Below are positions 1 through 11,001 of a stretch of DNA of 64,000 nt, piece by piece (position 1 is the first letter of the stretch; the number at the start of each line of letters is the position of its first letter). The notes beneath the pieces were generated by a model that worked only from the letters and a program-made list of their open reading frames with translations, was not told the DNA's origin and did not search any database. This DNA comes from Mytilus californianus (lineage: Eukaryota). The DNA is taken from assembly GCF_021869535.1 (NCBI RefSeq), contig NW_026262723.1:63984001-64048000 (forward strand), given 5' to 3'. Position numbers and translations under genes: made by a program.

Positions 1-1666
1 CATTTCGTGTCTTTGCACTGTCTGATCTCAAGCGCGAGCCATAATCGGCTATCTGTGACCGCCGTATTAACTACAATATTGAAGACAACTTAAGAATTAC
101 TTAGATTGTCAAAGAGATTACAATGATATAACTAGTTTTTGTTTTACAATATTAAACTTTCTAAATTATATCAATTTCAAATCAGATGTCCTGAAACCAA
201 TGAACAAAAAAAATAAATAATCTATCAAGTGTCCAGTTTTAAACTACTAGTACGTCAAATTTATTATATTCTTTTCAATCGTATTTAAGTTTGATTTATG
301 TATAAACTTACATTGTTCCTCTTTTTTGATAAGTTTAATACTTTTATAGACTCGGAACGATGCAGTCTGAGAGTCTTTTTGTATATACACCTGTCGAATG
401 TTGAATACCTATTTCATGTCACCCTCTAGATGTCTTTCGGTTACTATTTTTGCTGGTTTGCTTTCTCATTGACTTGTACCAATTTTTATTTATAACTGTT
501 ATATACACTATCATGTGTTTTTCTTCATTAAATTGTATTTCAACCCACTAATACAATATTATTTTTTATTAACTATAGTAAGCACTTGTAAAGTAATCAC
601 AAAAACCAATTTTGGAAGTGCACGTAGTAAAAATAACTCCTTTTTCCCACAAGAAACTGTACATCTGAAAAAAAAACATTTAGTTGTCTAGCAAAAATGG
701 CGGGAGCCACAAGATACGTTTGCAGTTCCGGTTAAGTAATATAAAACAAAAAGACTCTAAAAACACAAAACATGCAACAAATGTAGTATTAGCTCAACTT
801 TAGTTCACTCCAATAATGTAACTAAGTGTACTTAACCAGTCACAACCAACAAATTGTTCTAACACTATTAAATTCTCATAACCATGTTATTTAAGACGCC
901 ATGTACGAACGCTGTTAACAGGATGTTTATTTGTGTTTTAGATATTATTCAATTAATATTCTATAAAAATTTCCTGAAGTAAAAAATTTACAGGAACATC
1001 AACCTAAAAAAATGTCAAATTTGATGAAATTTGCCTGCAGGCAGCGTTGTTTTGCACTGAATACCTTAAGTTTTAGATTAATCGTTTAATATGATTCTAT
1101 GAAAAGTGTAGAGTCTGTGAGTAAACGGTACTTGGGAAGTTTGTTACTCCTCGTTTTCAATACTATTAGCTATTCCTCGTATGCTCTAAAGTTGTGTCGG
1201 AGTCCGGCAGACCCAGTATAATATAAAGAGATATGGTATGATTGCAGATGAGACAACTAACCAGGAGAATCCATTTAACATAGGATTAGTAGGTCACAGT
1301 GATTGCTTTCAAAATTTTCACAAGTTTACAGCTCTTGGTTTCTCCGTACCATAGTAAAACTATATATCCTTTCTTGAATGGATCGTACATATAAAACGTT
1401 ACCTTCTGCAAAGTGTGTACGGTATAATCCATATTTTCTTTAAAATGCAACATATAAAAGACTACAATAATTAATTAATCTTTATTGCAAGTAAAACGTT
1501 AAATAAACTTTTAAATACAAGTAAACAAAACAAAAATTGGATAAATAAATATAACATACTAACAATTTCAACAAGTATATTCTAATACATCAACTACAAT
1601 TATATTGCTAAAACATTTTGTCATTTGATTGCACATTGTCATTCTTATATTACTTTAAATTGACTA

Positions 1667-1872
1667 CTGTAAATTCAGAAATTATTGCGTGCATTTATTA
1701 TTGCGATTTTGTCATTTTAGACTAAAATGCGATTCTAAGTTTTGCGATATTGAGACCAATCCTGTTTAATTCATATAAGATATTTCAAAATGCGAGTTTA
1801 AATTATTGCGATTATAACCCTGTCGCATTTTTCGCAATAATAAAAACATCGCAATAATTTCTGAATTTACAG
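1667..1872. mobile_element. Palindromic MITE with TA target duplication (Tc1/mariner-type non-autonomous), in the 3' UTR of precursor gene 1
   Basis: ctgtaaattcagaaattattgcg at 1667 is the reverse complement of cgcaataatttctgaatttacag ending at 1872; TA lies on both sides (1665-66, 1873-74). Superfamily is inferred only from the TA TSD. Confidence 0.8.
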
Positions 1873-1893
1873 TAAATGGTCTAAACAGTAACT

Positions 1894-4800
1894 CTATAGC
1901 ATTTTATATATGATATCTTTTGATATTTTTATGGCCATGCCATCTATGTTGGAGATTTCAAAAAGTCCGGAAAACTGAAATCGTTTCTTGATTTTGTTAG
2001 TTTGGTATGTAATAAATGATTTTTTAAATGCCAATTTCCCGTGAACGATAACGATACTGCTCGTTTCATATTCCACCTGAAAAAAAGCATAAAGTACAGG
2101 TATTAGTAGTTATTGAATTATAAAGTTTTAAAGTTATAAGGTTACAGAGCATTAATCGTGATGGAAAAATAAAAACTACCAAGGCAAGAAGGTAATCATA
2201 TATTTTAATTATTGAAAGGATATTTTTTTACACAAAATTGTAATGATGTTGTGTGTTTATTTTCGATTGATAGATTGATAGATTGGTGACTTCTTATATT
2301 TCTAACGACTACCTATTACATACCAATATTAAAATGGAGGTGAAACAGCACCAATTGAAAAATTAGCATTTAGAACTTATGTAAAAGAAGCCCTAATCTA
2401 ACAAAATATAGCTCGCTTTTGAATGTGTTGTCTACTAATAATTGCAAATAGATTTGCATACATGAACATTTGATGAATGAAAAATATTTGGACCATTTTG
2501 AGCCAGTATTAACTTGAGTTGAGTGGCCGTATCATTGACATTTACCAACTATCTACGTTTATTCATATTAAATTCCGGTCAGTAGTCATGTGATATCAAG
2601 AATAGCATCCCATTTTGTCCGAAAAGGGCTATACATGTATCAGCAAAATAAAATATCTTTGTTTCGATAGAACAACAACACAATTATTTAATCATATTAG
2701 TTTTGACTACATAATGGGTCTTTATAAAGGTCTCGTCCTAGCTTGCATGATTTTGAGAGACTGGTGAAAATATTACCTTGGTCACTATAGGTGCATTAGA
2801 AACAATATAGGTGTATGTGTCCTCTAAACCTCTCACTTTTTCATATAATTGTTTCTGTCTTCTAACAAAACTTAACCCACAAACTGCAAATAAAGGAAGA
2901 AAATGTACAGATAATTAATAAAATATGTATATTTAAACTCCATATTTGTTGTTCTTTACATTAAACTTTTTAAACTTTACACAGAGAAAAAATAAGCAAT
3001 TACAGGTCACGGCCTTCAACAATGAGAAAATCACATACCATAAAGTCGGCTATAAAAGGCTCCGACATTGAAAATGTGCAACAATTCAAACAAGACAACT
3101 AACGTCCTAATTCATAACAAAACCATTTTCGGAAAAACAAATATGATGAACATGAACCAACGTTAAGTTATTTCCTATAAAATAATGCAATATCTAAGTA
3201 TAATATATTGTTTCCTGTTTGGTATTAAATTAATAATTAAGATCCATTTTGTTTCATCTGGTGATCCGTTTATTTGGCAATCGCCATGGCAGTCAGCAGT
3301 GTTTAAGAACATCCGTTGTTCGACCTGCTAGTCAAATGCGTTTGGTTAAAATATACTTTTTCACTTTTTTGGTCTTTTGGAAAATATTGTTTGTGCTGTA
3401 TTTAGACCCCTCTACCAAGAAATTTGTTTTGCATGCACACGTATAAAAATTGCGGTTTTTATCCATCGCAATCATAGGTTTGAACGTTGTTTTCAATTTA
3501 GACTTGTTGGTAATATATGATATATATTTATTAATTATATACTTACTTTTTCCAACTATTTGTTCCTCAGTGTGTTTAGTTGTATCAAGTATATCACAAA
3601 CTGGACAACTGTTTACACAACGCTTTGCAATTAGATGTCTAGTTGATCGTTTTCCAAATATTTCTAAAAAGTAAATACCAAAATTGTCGAATACCACAGA
3701 GAAACAGTGTAATATTGCGATACGAAAAGAACAAATTAGAACATGTAGAAAACTGGTATTTAGAATTAGATGAATATTTAATGATAAAAAAGGAGAAGAT
3801 ACCAAAAGGAGGAACTTGCCAAATAATGCTTTAAAATCCGTGAGAGAAAAAATTTTGACATACAAATTATTTATTCACATTTTATAAATTCAACGAGTTA
3901 TTATTATTAACCATCACGAAGAAAATATATAAAATTGATTAATTTCGAACAATACAACTATAAATTTGATTAACACCTTTATCTATTTATTATAACATAC
4001 TTTTAATTCCCTTCCAAATCTTTTTGCCAGTTTTCTTGACTCCTCTTCCAAATTTCCTGATACCATGTCCAACTTTCTTGGTTATTTTGGCAACACCTCG
4101 TCCAATATTCCTGCCGATTTTTGCTACTCCCTTTCCTAATCTTTTAACATGACTTCCTATTTTGGATCCGATTTTCTTAATCCCGACTCTAACTTTTTTA
4201 ATAGCTCCTCCAACTTTTTTTATTGTACTTTTAACCTTTCCTCCTATTTTTTTTACGAACTTTCCTATCTTCTTTCCAAATCTAGCAGCTTCCTTTCCAA
4301 CTTTTTTACCGAAAGATCCCACTTCAGAAATCACTTTGCCAAATATTTTTTCTCCAGCTTTTTTTAAAGTGTCTTCTATCTTAGAAGTTATGCCTTTAAG
4401 TTTTCCAAGTACTTTATCGCTGATTTTTTTAACTACGTCCAATGTTCTTCCAATTACCTTAAGAAAATTCGCTACTTGTATAACAGGGTTATTGATCACA
4501 CTAAGTAACTTTCCTAATTTTATTTTCTTATGATCCTGTCTTGGTTCTCTATAAAGAATACAAATATTAACAAATTCAAATATAATCTGAGTGTTACTTA
4601 AAGATTATCATATGCTTATTTACTGTTAAATATGATATTATTTGTAACATTTTGTATTCTCTAATTGCAATATGGTGGGTAATAAACAATAATGTAAATT
4701 TTCACCGCTTAGAAATATGTGACTGCGAATATATTGTTTAACAATACATTGTTAAAAAAAAATACATAACGACCTGAAAACCCATTACTGTTAGGGTCAA

Positions 4801-6461
4801 TTCTGAAACTCAGATATTATTTTTTCATGCTGGCTGTATACATTCCACGTGCAAATGTGTCTCATATTTGTTGAAACCTTACGAATAACAGACATTCCGT
4901 CCGCTCCAGTTATATTTAATACACAAATGAAAATCTGTGTAAATATAATATTCAACGTGCTCTGTTAAATATGACTACACTTTTGAACATAATAATCCTA
5001 TCCAAATGTTCTTTTTATCAACTACAAAATCTAATTGTGTTTCTGTAGTAATTTATAAGATACACTTTTCCCTAATGCAACAATAATACTATAATAATCC
5101 GAAAGCGGACATATTTCTTAATACCACCTGCTGATTTATAGTTGTAAGTCTGTACAGGAGACAAACTCAAATATTAGACTTGCCTATGTGACACCTGGTT
5201 CAATTGGGGTGGGGGGTCAGATTTAAGATTTGTAGTATAAGATTTTGCTTTCTCTGTGTTTTATTCAATAACCATATACACTGTACTAACATTTCAATAT
5301 TCAAGTCTGTTAAATTATGAAATCAAGTCTACTTACTGTGGTGCACAAATATTTCCAGCACATTCATCACATGACTTTAACGTTCGGTTTACTTTGATTT
5401 CACACGATAATGTTATAACCTTCTCCTCATTTACAGTATCTTCAATTGCATCGACGATATATTTTACAATATCTGCTCGTGCTTGATCGTTTATTTCTGA
5501 AAAAATTTAATGTTTCAAATTATTTATAAGAAATTGTATTCATTTTATTATATTTTGAATTTTTTAGCTTTCTGAAGAGTTTGTTATACTCTATTCGGGA
5601 ACTGGTTTTTTTTTCAAACAACAGTGACATTCTAATTTCATGTTACACATAAGAAAAATAATTTTGAAAATCATGTAATGGTTAAATAAACTGCCTTCTT
5701 TTATTAAAACGATATTTGAACATTGTCATGAACGAAATAATTTTGTAAGATAATGCTTAGAAAATGATTAGGTACGTTGACTTATATATTCTCAATTCCT
5801 TACAATATATGACCAGTAGCTACAAAGTAAATACATAAATGGAAAAAGGACACATTGTAGATAAATAAACATATATGAAAGGAAGAGTGTTTTTATTCCT
5901 GATCTTCATCTTGCCACTGATTTGGTCTTCAGCGATGATTTGAAGAGATAAAAGCTTTAGCATTAAATAAATAAATTAATTGATAAATTAATAAAAAGAA
6001 ACTGTGTTGGATGCACGTCAGAAAAAAAACTAATAAAAATGAGGAAAGAACAAATTATCTAAGGAATAATGTTGTAATAGCCGTATTTCATCTCACATGA
6101 ACAAGTGTTCAACAATAATCCAAACCTCAAACCTCAACTCATAGTTAGGACAAAACGGTCCTTACTCATCGGTTGAAAAAATACATATGCTTGAAAAAAA
6201 TCCACACTAACGCGCACACGACGTGGTTCACTAGTAACGCTCGTAACATGAAATAGTAACGAAACCTGGTGTGGACTGCATAAAGGCATGTTGAAGACGA
6301 CGTGATATGATAATTATTACATGTAAATTAATGAATTTAAAAATCATTCAGTCTATTAAAACATTTAACTTACTATCCAAATTATTTTGTGGAAGTGAGA
6401 GTAGTTCTCCATTACAAGTACAAAGTGCTGCAACTACTGCCACGAGAAGAGGAATGAACAT
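1894..6461 (-). CDS. Secreted precursor gene 1 (400 aa): signal peptide, 4-Cys N-flank, ~180-aa Lys/Gly-rich amphipathic helix, GKR processing site, 4-Cys C-flank; family unassigned
   Basis: Six GT-AG coding exons join in frame: 6461-6374, 5496-5337, 4548-4001, 3663-3547, 2883-2777, 2076-1894 (intron phases 1,2,1,1,0; 1203 nt). Protein: MFIPLLVAVVAALCTCNG-ELLSLPQNNLDKINDQARADIVKYIVDAIEDTVNEEKVITLSCEIKVNRTLKSCDECAGNICAPQEPRQDHKKIKLGKLL...KKTGKKIWKGIKKIFGKRSTRHLIAKRCVNSCPVC...ICGLSF...ISKDIIYKML*. A paralog at 11-16 kb has the same exon phases. Confidence 0.9.
3190..3520. repeat. Dispersed ~300-bp repeat in an intron of gene 1; second copy at ~42140-42420
   Basis: ggtattaaattaat...atccattttgtt...ttggcaatcg...gtttaagaacatc.gttgttcgacctg.tagtcaaatg...gtttgaac.ttgttttcaatttagacttgtt is shared between the two sites. 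Confidence 0.75.
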
Positions 6462-6786
6462 TTCAAAGATTTTAAAAGCTGGATGATTTTGAAGCAGATT
6501 TTATTGTGTTTTTATAAGCAAAACTACGGCAGTTCCAAGAATTAATTACTAAAAAGCAATCCTATTAATATTTACGTGATATGTTCAGCCATCTGTGTTT
6601 ATAAAACGGGGGATGTTATGTGTTTCATCTGATTTTGTTAATGAAATATTATACATTTTTCCTTCATTATATTTTATTACTATCATAAAAAAATGTGTTT
6701 TTTGTTTGTGAAGTATTTTTTCATATTCTAAAAGAAAAAACATATCACTTTTTTTTTTAACTTACTTTAACTAACCTTTAATGTAC

Positions 6787-6965
6787 CTCAAGGAACTAAT
6801 GTCAATTTACCACAAGAACATATAAAACAATGCGATTACGTACTTGTCATATTTATAATTTATTATTTTTGTTGATATATTTTTTAGGAAACCACATCGA
6901 AATGAAAGTTTTCATGTTTACGACATCTCAAGAGTGTATTCGATAATAATGTGGAAATTTTCCTT
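6787..6965 (-). promoter_or_regulatory. Non-coding first exon and promoter of gene 1 (TATA-like box, kappaB-like site)
   Basis: Donor GAG|gtacat at 6786; acceptor for the signal exon at 6479; TATAAAT on the minus strand near 6857; GGAAATTTTCC at 6953-6963. The region aligns with 21300-21830 upstream of gene 2. Confidence 0.6.
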
Positions 6966-7705
6966 CACTTTCACAGCCACATTCTGTATCCTGTTACAAT
7001 TCAAACCTACTTAATATTGGCCAACTTCAAATCATGTACATGTAAATTTTGAATTGCACTGAAAGTTAACAGTTAAATCATGTTACACTTAACAATTATG
7101 TGAGTTTCAGATCGATACAGATTTGATAAGCATCGTAAACGGAAAACAATAGAATGAATAATTAGGGTCATGTACAACATTTTCTCATCATATGCAATGT
7201 TTGTGTACGATCAAGAATCACTTTGTAATTTTGTATACTTGTAAGGTAGTACAAACCGAGTTCATTAATGAATAAAAAGAACCAATTTCCTTATCTAATA
7301 AGCATGATACACAAAGCAGTACAGGGCAATTTAGTTAAGATTAGACCTATTGGTCCATTTAAAGATTATTTTAAATTTGACTTTTTTGTCTAACCCTTTT
7401 GTCGTATATGGTAGCAAACTTTTAAATATTTGGTTTTCAAGCTTTTTCTATCAAACAAACACTATACATGTCAGCTCTGATAAACACAAAAAAACTGTAT
7501 GTACAAACAATTTTTACATGATTTTCACATTTGCAGATCACCGAATAAACCTAACGATAACTGTAACCTCAAGATGGTGTACTCGATGCAAACTAGTTAT
7601 CTTCTCTTTGATATTTAAATTGATTTTTCAATACTGTTAATCTCTCTTTATTTCTGTGATAAATGTATCCTCACTATCCCTAATCTTAAGATCTAAGACA
7701 CCGAA

Positions 7706-9330
7706 AACATATTGTTAGTGAGTTGAGACACAGACATATCGTATCGGTACACCAATTTAGTGTCGATTTTGGGTTGTTCTTCCTCATAACTCTGTTGGAC
7801 ACTTTTTGACCACACCACTGTTAATTAAATTATAAACTGTTAACACGCACGGGCGTCACGTACTAATTGAGATATGTAAACGCTAAATGATGGAGCAGAG
7901 GGTATGTTACTACTGAGAAAAAGGTAGTTGACAAATGGAAAATTAAATCTATCACGTTTGTCATAAACTCCATTTTGAGGCCGTCCATCTTTACCATCGA
8001 GGAAAAGAGTAAGATATGAAGTAAACCTTCTAGTTTCGGTAGTATCCTTAATTTCAAGCACTCTTTTTGACTTTGGCACGGTTATGCATGAATTCTGGTT
8101 CATATGAGTAAAAACAAAACAAGTCGGCAAGCAGGGGTGTCCAATAAGTACCCATTTGAATACAATGGTTGTTAAAATATCAATCAACCAAACTCAACAA
8201 ATGTTTGTCTATCAAAAGGCCAGCATATTGATGATATTGTCTTCGGTATGTTTGTTGTTGGAATCAGAGTGGTTCTTTACGAAGAAAGATTTCGTGACCT
8301 AAAACAAGGAATTTGCATCTATGATTCCTGTTTTTGTAGAGAAAACCCTGTTAAATGAGACGATGCAGTTGATCTTTCAATTGAGCATTCGAAAAATTGT
8401 GAAGATTGGAGTTGCAGATTTTGAATATTTTGAAGTAAATATTTAGACCTTAAATTTTCAGCTACATATTCGATTGACACCACTGATAGAATATGCATTA
8501 TCACACATTGCTAAAGGCCATCTTTTACTTGTAGGAATATGATTATTCGAATAATTTGACGACGCAGCTATTTATCGTTTTTCTTTAAAAATGTATCTGT
8601 TTAGGTAGACAGTATAAAGACAGGAGAGTTTCATTGTCTGTTTTTATGTTAATACCAAGGGAGAGAAGGATGGATGTTTGATATTCTTACTTTTCTTCTT
8701 TTGTGAAAAAAGTAGAGATTCCGTTTTTAAGTAGACATTCTAAAGGATTCTTACCAAACCAAATTATTTGAGGCTTTGTCTGATGGAACAACAACATCAA
8801 CATAAAGAGAGGGTTCAGAGCTTTTTCAAAGGACAGAAACCCCTGTGATCATTGTATATTGTAGATTTTGAAGGCGTCTATATTTCAGTAGTTCTCCTTG
8901 GTTGCTGTCTGTAATATTTTTTAACATTAATCAGGCCGTTTGGCTTTTCGTTTGAATTGTTTTACATTTTCTCATGTCACGACTTTTTATAGCTGACTAT
9001 ATGCTATGCGTTTTGTCTGATTATCGAAGGTCGTACGGGGACCTACGGTGACTTTATTGGATTCTATTGGATAGTTGTCTCGTTGGCAATCATACCACAT
9101 ATCCTTGTTTTATTCTGAATGCATAACCGAACAGCTTTGATCCATTCAGATAAAATGTCCAGTTTTAGTTGATTTCGTTTGCGTTTTACCCATTTTCTGG
9201 CACAGTCCTCAACTGCATCCATCAATAACCAGAATGTTTTCCTTCCAGTTGATGGGTTAGAGAATCGGTATGTCATTTGGCTAACAACTCTCTCAGCTGT
9301 TCATTGCGTAGGAACTTTCATTAAATGTCT
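7706..9330 (-). mobile_element. Degraded Penelope-like retroelement (reverse transcriptase remnant), interrupted by a dispersed repeat at ~8890-9112
   Basis: Translated fragments LEIKDTTET...YDKRDRFNFPFVNYLFLSSNIP..P...VYISQL.R.ARAC and LMDAVEDCARKWVKR...LSEWIKAVR, plus a frameshifted FLIDNIFVEFG / P.LADLFL.SYE RT segment, match the abundant mollusc Penelope-like elements as I recall them. Many stops and frameshifts. Confidence 0.75.
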
Positions 9331-9448
9331 TAAGGCTTATTTAGACAAAGCAGTGCTATAAACATATTTGGTCAAAATATACTTGTTGTATTGAAATATT
9401 ATTGAAACAAAGCGAGAAGAAAACAATTTATTTTTGTTCCGATTCCAG

Positions 9449-9565
9449 AATAAACAATGTGCAATGTGTCACAACTGCGGATCACCTTTACCGTTATTTA
9501 GAGACAAAAATGTCGGATCAGTATGTTTCAATCAATGCAAAAGGCAATGTGAGCTTTTTTCCTGA
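9449..9565 (+). CDS. Candidate terminal exon of a small 6-Cys peptide (orphan; upstream exons not found)
   Basis: Strong acceptor (tttatttttgttccgattccag) followed by NKQCAMCHNCGSPLPLFRDKNVGSVCFNQCKRQCELFS*; ATTAAA about 100 nt downstream. Confidence 0.35.
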   Translation, partial: NKQCAMCHNCGSPLPLFRDKNVGSVCFNQCKRQCELFS

Positions 9566-10199
9566 CTTGGCGTTCGTCATCAAACCTACATTGTTGGGCC
9601 TAATTTATGATGGATTCATATAAGATATATTAGTTCATGTGTTTGTTTGTGTTATTTGTTTATACATTAAATACTTCATAGTTGGTTTTATTCTTATTTA
9701 CTGAGTTTATTTATTCACATCATCGTGTTTGTGTGTAAATCACATTACATAAACTGCTTGATGAATGAATAAGGTATTGACAATTCACTTGGAAACTCAA
9801 CAAATACCCGCTTTGGTATCTTTCGCCTCTCTTTTGTAAGCCATATTGGTGTTATGATATGCAAAATACAAAATGTATAAGACATCTACCTGTTCGTAGT
9901 GAGGTATCGCCTTTATGGTTGTCAATTTTTTTCTATTTTTGCTGCTTGTAACTTGGTTTTGATGACATACATTTGATCGCCTTTATTGAATAAACTCATA
10001 ACTTGTCACACGGTATGACCGTTGACCCTTCGGTAAAGACCATAGTCTATTTTGTTTAACTTGTGTTTCTAAGCTAACTCGTTAACGTTTACCCTGTATC
10101 TCAAAATGTTCTCTTATACAATACATAAATTTCAGAAACAACATATTTTGCATACATTTATTGTCAGTAAAATTGTAAATTAAGGTAAGTGACATATTA

Positions 10200-10725
10200 A
10201 ATAAATCTTTACAACGTTTGCATAAGGTTTGGGATTTTCAAATATTTTGGCTATCATTGAAGTTTCACCAGCCCAGTAGTCAGTACTTCTGTACTGGCAT
10301 GGAAATACGGATATTGTTTTGTCTGAAATTTGCTGTCATAAATTTTGAAAATCATTTTAAATTAAGGAATATATCTCCCTTATGCCAAGCTCTGATTCCT
10401 TGTCCGGTTTTGGCTATACTTTAATAGAAAAGAAAGGATTACGCGGTATCCATCCATGGCAAAAAATCAGTATGTGCACAGCAATTAACACAAAAAGTAA
10501 AGGAACAGCACTTATTCTTCATTTCAAAGTCACAGTAAGGCCTTCAACACGGAGCAAAAAAATCTCACCTCACTGAAAGTTTAGATCCTTCTTGGTTTGA
10601 TCAGCCCTTCAACGTTTGTATTAGGTTTTAGATTTTCAAATATTTTGGCATCAATAATCACAAGAGATATTATTTTCAAAATGCGCATCTGGTGCAGTAA
10701 AATTGGTATCGTTTATGTTATTAAA
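10200..10725. repeat. Two partial copies of a dispersed repeat (10200-10335, 10595-10725); related copy at ~13790-13880
   Basis: Shared gattttcaaatattttggc...aaatgcgcatctggtgcagtaaaattggta.cgtt.atgttatta motif. Confidence 0.55.
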
Positions 10726-11001
10726 GCTGAAATATTAAACGATTGAATTATACCAAACATAATGATTGGAAAAGGTTTCAACGGGGAGCACATCTTGTTT
10801 AACATGCAAAAAGGAGACACCTTATATCTAATACAATTATGTTTTATGTCTCAAGATAGCTTTTAATTTCATGTTTGAATCCTTTTTTTACTTTCAACGG
10901 GGACCATATCTCATTCTACATGCAAAAAGAAGACACTGTTTATTTAAAACAATTTTGTATTATGTCTAAAAATATTCAATAGTTTATTTTTCATATCTTT
11001 T

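Noticed and set aside
3332-3865. 177-aa ORF
   Set aside because: Only 3663-3547 is a real exon; the rest is intron and a dispersed repeat read through by chance.
4149-4533. Plus-strand ORFs of 72 and 123 aa, rich in Phe/Pro/Leu/Thr
   Set aside because: Antisense shadows of the Lys/Gly-rich exon; no splice or start context.
5876-5943. Plus-strand mini-ORF MKGRVFLFLIFILPLIWSSAMI* resembling a signal peptide, with a similar sequence near 19357
   Set aside because: It stops at once, lies antisense within an intron of gene 1, and the similar copy does not keep the frame.
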